DNA of 63,811 nucleotides, counting the filler, from Perkinsus chesapeaki ATCC PRA-425 (lineage: Eukaryota > Protista > Perkinsozoa): NCBI GenBank assembly GCA_013115145.1. It is 9 parts of 9 records of this genome, joined end to end, with 100 filler letters (N's around TTAATTAATTAA, not from the genome) between each part and the next. Parts side by side here need not be neighbours in the genome. Positions count along the whole stretch, not along the records: positions 32,369 to 51,177 come from JAAPAO010000652.1; positions 51,278 to 62,040 come from JAAPAO010000877.1; 7 more parts are not named here. One strand, 5' to 3'. Under the pieces are notes generated by a model. That model was not told the origin of the DNA. It saw only the letters and a list, made by a program, of their open reading frames with translations, and searched no databases. This document shows, in pieces, positions 48,211-60,281 of the stretch (position 1 is its first letter; every line of letters starts with the position of its first letter). Position numbers and translations under genes: made by a program.

Positions 48211-49740
48211 ATGATGCAAAGTCTGCCAAATGACACCGTGAGCACGGTATACGGTAAAGTGATTGATAGAGCTATGAGTAGATTCCAGACGGAATTGAGA
48301 AGAGATGATGAAGAGGGGAGAGGCAGAGCTATACGTACGTTACCACTTCCAGGGTTGATATGTACATCTGTTTTGGAAGACTTTTCTAATGCTAGAATTT
48401 ACTCAAGCACTGGTAGGCAATGTAGAAAAATAGTAGAGTGATTGATGGAAAATGGGTTACTGCTGAAAAGAGACATTCACTTCTTCGGGAGTATATAGCA
48501 TATCGCTTGGCTTTGAAATATAACCGATGAAACTAACGTTAATCGCTATAGTTGTCTGGTGGAAATATCTCCCAGTTTTGGCACTCTAGACTACTCTACG
48601 GCGGAAGATGAATAAAAGCTGCTTCGTTGTATAAAGGATGAAACACTTTGTTCATCTGTCTGCGAGTAGAGAAAATTTTGGTAGAGCCTCCATCAGAATC
48701 GTCGTCAGCGCTTGTTGCATAATCTTCCACCATCTATTTCGTCTGCCGAGTCTACGTGATACGCTCAGCTGGGCAAGAACTATAGGAACTCCAAACGTTG
48801 TGTCAGGTGCGGACGTGTTGGGGGCTATTAAGAGTCGATGGATGCATTTAACTAGTGAGTGCTATGTTAATGGTGGTCATCTACCCGCTGGAATCAAACG
48901 GCCGATTAGTGCAAAGTAGGCTGAGTTGGTGGCCTGCGAAGTTTCTTAATTCGAAATCATGTAGCAGCGAAAAGGACGACGCTAAACGAGCAAGGATAGA
49001 CTTGGTTGAAGAAGAGGAGAAGGTCGAGGCAAATGGATCTGATGATGATGAAGAGGAAGATGATGAGTTTGCCGATGAATTCGATGACGCCGAGTTCGTG
49101 CACGCTACTGCGGCGGGACAGAAGGCATCTGATGAAGAGCATCAGCGAGTTGCTGCAGCTGAGGCGAGGGAGCATGAAAGGGAGGAGAGGCAGAAAGAGA
49201 TAGAAAGGAAAGAGGTAAAGTTATGTAAAGTGATGAGGCTTTACATTCATTTGGTAGTTGGAAGAATGGTCCAAAATAAAAGGAGAATTAATCGATGAGG
49301 AGCGCTTGCTGGCTGAGGAGGACTCTATGTGGAAACAAGTGCGGTTGAAATGTTAACGCTATGGCGAATTTATTGGCTAGATCCCCGATCCTGTTAACTG
49401 CCCAGTGAAAATGTACGCCAATGTGGAAGTGACGGAGATGGGTTCGAATAAGAGAAGTAAATGGAATGTCTCAGCTGACCGAATTCTCTTATCTACACCT
49501 CGTGGTGAATGGTTAGCATCGAGCATGGAAGTAAGCCGAAAACAGCCAGCCCGCGGAGCTTCACGTGCTCCAATGGAAATGTGCTCCTCAAAATCATTTA
49601 CAGTGCGGCGATAGAAAACATTTTTCTCAGTGGGATACATGCCGTCACGGAATATTCTATATCAATGGCAATTTTGTTAATTCACGCATGCCTGTTCTTT
49701 CAGGGTTCGTTTCTTCATCTCGGCGCGGAGACGGCCGAAT
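48211..49740 (+). CDS. Probable TFIIA large subunit (TOA1/GTF2A1-like), multi-exon; 3' end approximate
   Basis: N-terminal VSTVYGKVIDRAMSRF...DVLGAIKSRW, acidic middle (DDDEEEDDEF), C-terminal ...KRSKWNVSADRILL...GEWLA... Order and spacing resemble TFIIA alpha/beta; recognised by eye only. Confidence 0.45.
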
Positions 49741-50128
49741 AACGTTTCTCGTTCAATGAGATGCGTGTTGTGTTTCGTAAATTGATAACGAGCTGTCGAG
49801 GCCTGTGGGCTCGGGTAGTCTGCTTCCTTGCTTAGCGGATTCGATCTCGTACCGCTTCGACGGGAGAGGCCGTCCGTCATGAGAAGATTCAATCGTGTAT
49901 AACACTATTGCATTAACGCGGGAGAGTAGGGTTGAAGATGACAATATTGTTTGCGAGCTTCTCCTCCCCTTAATGTTCACAGAAACACGTGACCAGTGGT
50001 AGTGTGCTTTTGAGACTGTGTCTACCAACTAGTGGCATAACGATCGGAACTCACCCCGCTTGACATTGACTAAACTACGAACTAAAGAAGGGCAAGCAAC
50101 ATCATCACCATCATCATCATCATCATCA

Positions 50129-51079
50129 TTACATCCGATACATCACCAGCTCCTTCGCAGGTTCGCCATGTACAGACCTCCCTAGGCAAAGCGAAATAAA
50201 ACCGTCTCCTTCAGTTTTGATAGTAATAGACTCGAGCGTGAGGTTGTCAATACTAATAGCCGTTCCAAACACCTTTATCTTGTTCTCGTTGAGCCTTCTA
50301 GACAATTTGCTCATCTTGTCAAGGTCTATTTTCATGTCACCCTCTCCTTTTAACTTGATGTATGGTATTTCCAATTTTCTGCCATCGCTCGAGTATAATT
50401 CAAATCGGGCTTCCAAATCCTGACCATCACCTTTCATGTCGATAGCAGCTTCAGTTACAACGCCGAAGAAATCAAACATATAATACCGACCGTCTCTAAG
50501 CGTGCTTCCTGAGAGCGTCGGTCGTCGATTACTTACCTTCACAGGTATATTTTGTGGTTTGTCGAGTGCCGTGTGTTTCCCCTTCTTGGCCGCATGATGA
50601 CCTTCCTCGCTGGTTTTACGCTTCCTTTTCGACGACGGTATCTTATCCAGTACCAAGTTCATGTTTCCTAGTTCGAGGGTGAGGCGACCGTCTTGACTTG
50701 GAATGATTTTGAGAGAATCCTGGGAAGCGTATTCGAAGCCTGGTAGTTGATTGAGCTGATTGAACCAGCCAGACAGACCATCCAATACCCCCCAGGGACT
50801 TATCCTGTACACATCTTCCTTGAACGATTGACGCTCCTCTCTTCTCTCTTCAAGAAGTATCTCGCAAGTTTCAATCCACTTATGAGGTTCAGTTGGTGTA
50901 GAATAACGAAGGTGTAAGACCGGTTTATCTTCCCATCTTTCTATATCGGCGCAGAATTCATGGAAGGGGAGGTTAGGGAAGGTGAACAGCTTTTTGTTGT
51001 GGCAGTAGGTACCCCACAATTCACCAGCGAAAGCCTTGACAATGGCTAAGGGCAAAACCAGGGTTTTAAGGGTGGGCAT
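50129..51079 (-). CDS. Intronless secreted protein with two GxY-initiated modules and a basic linker
   Basis: 316-aa ORF with signal MPTLKTLVLPLAIVKAFAG; WGTYC and DGRYY modules; KRKRK linker. Confidence 0.8.
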   Translation of the reverse strand: MPTLKTLVLPLAIVKAFAGELWGTYCHNKKLFTFPNLPFHEFCADIERWEDKPVLHLRYSTPTEPHKWIETCEILLEERREERQSFKEDVYRISPWGVLDGLSGWFNQLNQLPGFEYASQDSLKIIPSQDGRLTLELGNMNLVLDKIPSSKRKRKTSEEGHHAAKKGKHTALDKPQNIPVKVSNRRPTLSGSTLRDGRYYMFDFFGVVTEAAIDMKGDGQDLEARFELYSSDGRKLEIPYIKLKGEGDMKIDLDKMSKLSRRLNENKIKVFGTAISIDNLTLESITIKTEGDGFISLCLGRSVHGEPAKELVMYRM

Positions 51080-51401
51080 TCAGCACGGTGAGAGTACACG
51101 AACAAATCTATATCTAAATAGCGTGCCCCGACAAAAACGTCCACAAATTAAATGGGTAAAAACGTCACATCCTCCAANNNNNNNNNNNNNNNNNNNNNNN
51201 NNNNNNNNNNNNNNNNNNNNNTTAATTAATTAANNNNNNNNNNNNNNNNNNNNNNNNNNNNNNNNNNNNNNNNNNNNGCACTCTTTGAACTGAAAAAGGG
51301 CTTATACCAGCAGCTCGTTGGTAGGTGTGATGATGAGGCTTCGGAATGCATCAAGGTGGGGGAAAATTGTTTCAGATTTGCAATATAAGAAATACCAGAA
51401 T

Positions 51402-54400
51402 TCAGATTTGCCGATGATGGGGAGAGATGGGGGAGCAGCCCAGAAAGTAACTCAAACATCTCCTACACTTCCCATCAAGAGCTAATCGGTTCCGGAATTT
51501 GCCTCCCGTTAAAACAGAAAGACACAGGAAGGTTGACGCGCGGATTTTTCAACTCACCAAGATTCCTCTGATGCCTTGAATCGGTTTGACACGATTGTCC
51601 GAGGTAGGGTCCTCCAGTAACATATCATCCCATCCTATCAGCTCCTTTAACCAGTCGATCGTACAATGCTTGGAGGCGAGCTGAGGCAGCGATGATAACA
51701 TCACATAGTGCTCAACCAGGATGAACCAAACCGCCTACCTGATCCACGGAGAGTCGCCCTCGGGTCAGGAGACCAGTGACGCCGACTGGCCTGCTCAATT
51801 GACTAGCAGTGGCTCCGTCGGCGTTTGGAGCTTGCAAATGTCGATGCTTCTCCCGAGACTGTGTGTCCTTTATCACAGGCACTAGCCGTTTCATAGCGTC
51901 AAGATACCTGAGGGAATTGCAACCTGAGAAATATCTTCCCCCTTACTTCTGCCATCCTGACTCGCCGTTCTTCCCTCCAGTAGTGACGAAGAGTGTCGAC
52001 TCTAACTCTGTGGCCCACCGACGGCATCGTTCGCTCTTGCTCCTAAAGGGTTCCCCGATATGGGCAGGGTCCGCCTGTTGGTTCATCACTCACCCCTCGC
52101 CAGTAGCGGCAGCCTCCTCGGTGACATCACCAGCCTCGAAGAGCTTTCTGAAGCCTTCGGTGGCCTTCTCTCTATACAGCTTCCTGGGGTTCACATGTGG
52201 CGCTGTGGTGATGTCTCCGCTGGGACTGAGAGGCTTCACTCCACGAAAATCAAAGTACACAGCACCTACCTGAAGAGCCCACTGGGTGACTTGGGCTCCT
52301 CCGTCCGCGGTGCTCGAGATGGGCTTGAAACGGACTGAAAAGGACAGTGACGGGACAACAGAGTCAAGTCGCTTACACTGCGCCGCTTCGATCCACCACC
52401 TGGTGCCGCCTGCTGCTGCTGCCCTCGCCTTCGTTTAGTCCTAAAACCATACGGCTTGTCATCTACAGGGACCCTATCCTCTGCCCTAGCCTACTTTGAC
52501 GAACCGGCATCCTCCGCTGCCACCGCCGCTGAGCGTTTGATCCCTCGGGACTTCCGGCCGACACTTACTATATCTGCAAGCAGCAGCGTGATCAGCTCCT
52601 ATCATCATCGCAGCAAGCGGTGGCTTACCATCTTCATAGTCACTTCCATCATCATCCTCCTCATCAACACTAGCTTCGCTCTCCAGGGCCTCAGCATCAT
52701 CCATGGCCACACTGCACGGGGTTGGTGGCGGCTCACTGGGGGACTGATACAAAGCATCAAGCTTCGGGCTTCAAGCCAGGCAAGCTCTTACTGGTTCGTC
52801 GACGGCCTTCGCAGCCTCCTCAGCCGCTTGTGCAATGCCATCTGGTGCCACTGCAGTCGCCTACAGCAACGTCAAGCCCCACTGGCATCGTTCGCTCACC
52901 TTGGGCGTCTCCGATGGCGACGGTACAACCGAGGAGTTCGCCGGGCTTGGCTTGACTCTAATTCTGATGATGCCAGATGCCGCATCTCTCTGAAAATAAC
53001 CGTCAGCTGTAGCTTCTTCCCAGCTTCTGCCGCCCTACACTATCAGCTGCTGCTGCTGCTGCCGCCGGCCCCTTGCCTCCCTGTTCCATATGCAATACTT
53101 GCTCAACTATCCTCTCCTGTACCAACACCATCAACCGACGTCACAACGAGATGTCGAGGCCTACCTGTTCCTTCCGTTGGGCCTGTGCCGCTAGCTCTGC
53201 CTTCAGCCTTGCTTTCTCCTTCTGCTTCTCCCTCAGTTCTCTCTTTTTCTCCTCTATCTCCCTCTCCTGTGCCTTCCTCGCCTCCTCGTCCCCATCAGCC
53301 TCCCCCACTGGAGCTTCTTCCTCCTTTTCCGCAGCTGCCTTAGCGGCCGCATGCCTCGCCTTCGCCGCAGCCGACCGTGCCTCGCTCTTCAATCGGCGCT
53401 CGAGACGAATCTGTTCGATCTCAACCTGACCAAACTCCTCACCCCCTCCATCCCTCTACACTCACCTCCTCCTGCTCCTTCCTGGCCTGCTGTGCCTCCG
53501 CGGAATCATGCGCCTATCCAGCCGTCATCAACCCAAACCGGTAGCTACATCAAGCCTACCCATTTATCGTAGGGGTTCGCATCCACAAGGCCCTGACAGG
53601 CCGCCAGCCTGTAGGCCTCGGCAGCGTCCATGTGGCCTCTTCGCCTCCTACTATGCCTTCTACCATCCTCATCGCTCTCTCCAGGTGTCGACGGCTGCGC
53701 CCCACTACCAGTGCTGCTCGACTCTGGTGTTCCCGGTAGGTTGCCTGAGCATTGCGATAGCTGCTGACCTATTACCCCAAAGTGCTTACTTCCTTCAGCA
53801 GCCTCTTCTGGCTTAACCCCATCCACATCCTCCCCGGTCGGAGGAGGTGTCCCACTCCTCTTCCGCTTCACCGGCGTAGCGCTCTTCGGTGGTCGTCCCC
53901 GCTTCCTCCGTGCCGGCGTCTCAGGAGACGACGCTGGCGATGCCGCCTCGGGCGTCGCCACAGGCTTTGGTGATGCCGCAGGAGTCGCCTCCAGCACTGG
54001 CGTCGATGACCCTGAGCAATCGACCTGCCACTGCCGCCTTCGCCCCCGCCGGCTTACCTTCAACCGTTTTCTCTCCCACCCGTTTCTTTCTGGCCTCACT
54101 CTTCTGTTTTTGCATTTCCTGCCGAAGCTTCCTCGTCAGCTCCTTATGCTGCGCCTCCAACTGCATCCGCTCCTCCGCTTCTATAACCGAATTGCGCTTT
54201 CGTCGCCCACTGGCTGGTGTCTGGAACAGCAGGTCACAGGTTCGATCCCCAGTCACGGCATTTTCACTACCTCTGTATCCCCATCCCCCCGAGCAGCCTG
54301 TTTGCCCAGCTCCTCCGCCATCTTGAAGGTATCAAATGTGATTGTCGGATGATGATTGACCATGCTGGCTCCGCTCAGCGGCGTTGCTGCCCCCGACGGG

Positions 54401-55496
54401 TTCCCTGAAGCCAAGACTGATGGAACGAAGAACCGTCGCACCGCCGCAGTACTCGACTTCGGCTTCGGTTCGGGCTCTATCTCCTCTCGCGTATCCAGCC
54501 ACTGCCTGTAGACTCTAGGGTCAACCTGAGCTCGGAAGAATCTTTTGCGCGGCTGAAAAGCACGCGTAACCTACCGCTTTAATTTCCTTCTTTTTCTTGA
54601 ACCAATCGTCCAGAATAATATACGAATCGCGACGGCTCTTATTAAAGCCTAAAAGACGCCACGAAGCTCTCCTAGCTCCGCCACGCACACTCAGGAGCTC
54701 ACCGATCCACACGCCGCCTTCAGCCTGCTGCAAGTCACCGTTTTTTGCCACAACTTCCTCCAGGACTTTATTGTCCTCGAAACGCAGTAATAGAAAATAT
54801 ATGTTCCGGCTCTTGCTCTGTGTTCGCAACACAGTGGCAACCTCCCTGACAGGAGGACCGCTGAAATCGGCTCCCGGCCGGTTGTCGACCTACCATATGG
54901 ATTTATCATCATCAGCTGCCTTCAGCAAGCCGTTCATGCGGCAACCTATACGGTCCCCTTGCCGGGCCTTCGCCTTCTCTATCTTACCTGAACGAGTAAC
55001 ACTGTGAATCTCTTACTGCAGCCAGCAGTTCGAACGCTGTCCTACCGCTCCAATAGCTGAATGCAAATTCAATCATATCTCTGTCCCATTCGTCATCGTA
55101 TCTCCGGAGCATCTCGGCCAAATCAGGAGCCCATTCCAGGGCTAAAACACCGAGCTCGGGATCGAGGGGTGGCAGAGGCTCCTCGGCTCCCGCACTAGGA
55201 GGTGGAGCCTGACAAGAAAGATACTCCGGAAAATTGAAGCCAACCGTATTGGGCCCGGGGATTGAACCTGAGTTGCCCGATGGAGAAATGCAAACCGTTT
55301 ATGCTAGACGCAGTGTACTGTCAAAGAGCCACGAAGACGAACGAAAATGAGGAAAGAAGAAACAGTCGAGCGACAGAAAACAATCGAAGGTAAAGAGCGA
55401 ATAAAGCAAACCGGTAGGTCTCAAAACGCAAAAACGGACGAGCTCGGCGGGATGTCCTACCGGTGGTTGGGGTGGTTGTTTCCCAACGGACGCCAT
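51402..55496 (-). CDS. Multi-exon nuclear/chromatin-associated protein with AT-hook and coiled coils (3' end approximate)
   Basis: MASVGKQPPQPP|APPPSAG..., RRKRGRPPK AT-hook, charged helices (EAQEREIEEKKRELREKQKEK) and acidic patches; introns join in frame where checked. Confidence 0.6.
54221..54270 (+). ncRNA. 50-nt intron (gene on minus strand) made of an antisense tRNA-His-like 3' end plus T4
   Basis: Plus strand AGGTCACAGGTTCGATCCCCAGTCACGGCATTTT. Removing the minus-strand GTAGTG...TTCCAG joins GDTE to TPASGRRK in frame. Confidence 0.65.
55243..55320 (-). ncRNA. Degenerate tRNA-like element in intron 1 (55209-55460) of the AT-hook gene
   Basis: Minus strand TAGCATAAACGGTTTGC (D-arm-like) ... 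CAGGTTCAATCCCCGGGCCCAATA. Confidence 0.45.
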
Positions 55497-56418
55497 TGAG
55501 ATTTGCAATCAATTAGTAGGAGAACGACAGGATAAAATAAGAGCCTGAGAGAGGAAGTCTGAACCGCTACATCAGAGGACAATCGAAACCTCGCGCACGC
55601 AACAATCGTCAATTTTACGCCCAACTCGAAAAATTTGTCAAATTTTTCCGCGATTTTTTCCACAGTGTCAAAGATGATACGACGAGTAGACTAGTGGAGA
55701 AATCAAGCGCTGGTACGATGGTGGTGACCAATAATCCGGCTCGGTTGAGGTGGGGGCGGGTCCCGGCTTGGGAAGAAGTGCCTTACTTGCTCTCTTGCTG
55801 TTCCTTCACGGCGGAGCGGCGCATGAATTCGAACCACCACTTTACGAAAAATGCCAAACATGACACGCTTCGCTCCGCTAGCGCGCGCAATGCGGCTGAC
55901 GGTTTTGGATCGGTGGTCATTACGGTATGATGGTTGTTGCTGCTGCTGCCAAAGCCTCTCTAATGGATCCCCATCGGCATCTTCCTAGCCCTCAATGAAA
56001 CGAAGCCATTGTTAAAGATGATCACACCCGCCACGCCGCAAGAACTCTTTAACGCAACACTGTCGCAGTTTGCCCCACACCTGCCCCTCCTCTTCCTGTA
56101 CGCTCCCCTATGAACAGCACTGTATGTCCCCCTTAGACGCAACAAGGAAAAGGTTAGAGAAGACAGAATTGAATCAACAGTGTTGCTGTACTGATCGAAG
56201 ACAGACTTTATGGATTAGTCACATCCTCCAGGCCGCCGCCGGGGTCAACGCAAGCAGGTCCCTCATTCCTCATCAAAATCGCCGAACTTCCTGACAGTAT
56301 CATCAAGTGCAATCAACCTAAGATACGCTGTCCTCTGTGACGACCAGATGGCCGGCTCACGTGGGACATCCCGGGTACCGTGATGGGATTGCTATCTCTG
56401 GTTCGCTTCCAGTGTCCT

Positions 56419-57705
56419 CTAGGCGAAGCTGCAGTTGTATTCGGAGAGCACCCTCCTAGAGCGGACGCTCACTTCGGGCCGTCGTTGATGACCTACGTCC
56501 TGTGGGTTCAATGGGAGCCGCTCTATAAGGCTGAGGAGGCGTTGAGCGTAGCGCTTGCCGCTGGTGCCGCTCTCGGCAAGCGGCTTGTCGAGGGTGTTCG
56601 CCTGTGATAAAGCGAAATAAGCAAGCTTCGCTGGGAGGCCTACACTGGCCGCCGATGGGTAGGCGAGGGCCTGGTAATGAGCAATGCAAACGCTGACAAC
56701 ATGGGCCAGCTCGCGGGTCTGCGCGCCATAAAAGCGAGTCAAGAGTGGGACAGCATTGACGCCACGTAGGTCTGATAGGCGAAATCTCAAAGCGTATGAG
56801 GCGGCAAGGGCTACTCAATAGGAGATCGTGGACAGGGTCGGCCTCGTCGGCTGGCCAGTCGATACCTAACCGAACGAAGGTGCCCAGGAAGCTGTCATGG
56901 GGTAACACTCGACTGTGCTGGTACAGCAGAACCGATCGGGGCAGGTCGAACCTATCAACGCTGAGATAGGGGACATTCCAAAGAGGACTGAGGCACCGTC
57001 TGAGCTCGTCCCCGACTTCCACGGTGAGCAGGCACGGCGAGAACCGCTCCTCTACAGACGTACAACGAGTAACTATCTCTTGGAATTCCTACAAGCAAAC
57101 TCTCCACCGAGCCAGTGACCTAGGGGCCTACCTCGCGGCGGTCGGCCTGTCTGGACACCCAACGAATGAGCATGACCGTCTCGAACGCCGTAAGCCTCTG
57201 GTCGCCGACTCTGAACCTCTCAAACCGTTCATGAAGCACGACGCCGATGGGGTCAGGGACGCGCCTGAGCCGAAAATGATCGAGTGGCGACACTGTACGA
57301 GGCAGCAGCCTACAGCCCGTCCCGGACCCTCTGGCGTTCGGTCTCCTCCCAATCTGATGTGAAAAGGTCAGCGTAGGCCTCGAAGAGCATCCTGTAGACA
57401 GCCACACTCGTCACAGGATTACTAATAGTGAACAGGAATGCCGCTATAGACCAAGAAAGACGCCGCGTTACATTTGGGCCCTCCAGCTCTTCAGAGGCTC
57501 GCAAGAATTGGTCAACCGTAACTAACGGATATAACGCCTGCCGAGCTAACATGCAATAGGGACACACGTTTTTAAGAGCCCGATCCATCATATGGATGGC
57601 AACGTCGAACTGAGTCTGCGTTGTTATGCGGCAAGCAGGCAGCCATGGACCTTCTGCCGGGAGGTCGTACTCCAGGCTCATGAGAACTCGGTCGTACCTG
57701 CCCAC
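56419..57705 (-). CDS. Multi-exon hypothetical protein (may be a separate gene or a 3' extension of the F-box gene)
   Basis: Protein-like minus-strand ORFs 57310-57705 and 56419-56790 with intervening GT-AG introns. Confidence 0.45.
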
Positions 57706-57736
57706 CAGGTGGCCACCGAGAACGGTGAAACGGAGC

Positions 57737-59579
57737 TCACTCGCTGTGTCGAGGCGGGTGCTGTCCCGCCGACCCTGAAGATATCAGTGACTTTAATATC
57801 GGATATCTTCGGCCAAAATAGGTCGACGACAACGGCACTCCGACGGCTCGGGCATAGCGGACGCACACGTACCTGTCCAGTAGAGCTATAACAGAACAGC
57901 CGTTGCGACGCCTTACCATTGGCCGTCTTCCTGCTGCGTTTGCTGGCGACCGTATAGCTCAATTCGTACGGAACTGGCAATCACGATCTTCGGCGCCAAA
58001 CTGAAACAGAGCTTCAGCGCGCCAGGCGGATTCCACTCACTGAATGCAGAACCTCTCTGGGGAGTTGATCGTCTCGATATAACCAGTGGCCGGTTCCCAG
58101 GCCCCCTCAGGCCCATCTCTGACGAAGACCCTGACCTAGAAGCAGCATGCCTTAAACTGATGGCTGGCGGAGGTGGGTCTACTGCTCTGGGGGCATAGGT
58201 GGGCCGTCCGGCTTGGTAATCGGCACGGTAGAAGTTGAGCTCGATTTTGGTGATCTGAGGAAGCACACGGTGGTGGAGCAGAGTGGGAATACAGACGCCC
58301 CGTGGCCAGAGGCTCAAGCACACTTATGAGAGTATCATACAGCTCGGAGGGGGCTACCATCACCCATCCTCAACACCATTATAGGTGTGCCTATTTGACA
58401 GCGGTATGCCACTGTTGCTATCTCTACTGTGATGGAATCAATATACAATACTAGTGATAGAGTGTAGGATAGCATACGACAAGGAGATAATCTGTAACGT
58501 GGAGCGATGAAGCGAAGATGATTTAGTAGCATGCCAGAAGGTGATGGTCGAGTCTACCAAGTAGAGCACTTAGTAATACTAATAGTGTTAAGTGGTGAGC
58601 ACAGCGCATCACCACTTAAGGTGTTGCCTATAGCGATTGTGAGACAATCTCTAACCCGTCAAAGCACTCGGGCAATTGCCGCTACCGTACACGTGATCTC
58701 AGCAAAGACACAAAGGCGTTCGAAACAGACGATAAAGTGCTAGTATTTCCACGAGGCCAGGAACGCAGCAAAGAAGGAGGCAAGCATTGTGGACGAACCA
58801 CTCACCAGGCTTCTATCACACAGACCGTACACCAGACACTGAGGGTCACAAATGCATGTCGGAATATCAGTTCGATCGCAGCAGTCTGGCAAAGGGTCGA
58901 TGATGCCGCAGCGATACACTACGGGCCTCACTTTGGTGACAAGCCATATAGGCCTTGCCACTGCTGCTCCAGAAATCATCGTCATTGGTGATGCTCTTGG
59001 AGATGCCTTGAATTGGATCGTCCTGGCTTGTGGCTGAGATGCCCTCTGAACAAAGCGGGATAGCGCTTGTTGTGAAGCAAGAAGGAAAGCTCACCAATAA
59101 TGAGGTTGTAAAAAACAGACGAGAACGCGCTGAAGTCGGCAACCTCCGCCAAGACTTCCCTCGACCCACGACAGAACTGACTATAGGCCAACAAATCCTG
59201 ATAAGACCAACATTGAGGTTAGGAATGCGTCGGGCAACTCCGGCCTACCGGACCCGCTATGGCGTCTTGTCTCTGCGGCCACGGGATCAGACGGTGCTCG
59301 TTCGATAAGATAAGATCACGTATTCGCAGTGTGTCGACTAGTAAGGAGTAAACCTGGTGCGAAGTAAGGCTGGCATCCCTTGAAGGCTCTTACTGCTCGA
59401 TTCAAAGTAAGGTCCCGTTTGAAAATCTCAGAAACGGTATCAAAACTGTAGATGGTGAGCAGGACGGCGCTCGGCAGGGAAAAGTACGGCGAGCACGGTC
59501 GAGTGTCAACAGCCGCGGCGGGACATTGGGGCTCGCTTTCTTGAGAGCTGCTTTTCAGATGGTCATGGAGAGGTGCCAT
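57737..59579 (-). CDS. F-box protein with At4g00755-like beta-sandwich domain, multi-exon
   Basis: FSLPSAVLLTIYSF F-box-like motif; SATSQDDPIQGI...FWSSSG, ITKIELNFYRADYQAGRPTYAPRAV and VRIELYGRQQTQQEDGQW|YVCVRYARAVGVPL parallel the plant family motifs as recalled. Confidence 0.7.
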
Positions 59580-60281
59580 TAGAAGACATCTACATTGAGG
59601 GGTTTATAGGCAACAATGACAAATGGGACTCGGCAGTGGCTGAGCACAGGCTTGTCACTCAACAGTCGCCCTGGTACAGGGTCTCTTGCACTTAGGCCAT
59701 GAGCCGCCCGATAACAAATGTGTACATCAGCGAGAGCACTAAATGTGAATAGAACGTAGAACGGGCAGCAACCCACACTGAACAATGCGATTGGGGTTCA
59801 CATCGACTACTGTGATGACGAGTGACAGTTTGATACGGAGAACTTCCACCAAAGGGCAGGGATGGGTGCTGAAGGGATAAGAGAGAAGCGTCTTCCCACC
59901 ATGAAACTCCAGTCAAACTCAAGCACCAGTGTATATCATAACGCTTATCCTAGTAGTTCGTTCGAGAAGAGCGACGACTGAAGTGCGGCGGCCGAGGTTG
60001 TTGCTATGCAAGCCACGGGCCAACACGACAGTGAGTAGGAGGAGGAGAGACAGGTAAGTGGCGATTTTGATAACACACACAAACCGCAGCTTCCCGTCTA
60101 GAGTAGTTTCATGGGCACAATAGTGAAATTAACGATGGGTACGTGATGACAAAGCAGTATGGGCCATGACCGCCACTGTAGTATGCCCGGGAATTTTGGA
60201 CCAAGTCAAATCGGCTTAACCACGGGCTGTGGCCTCAACAACAACAGCAGCAGCAGCAGTGGCGGTCGAGAATGATAGTAA

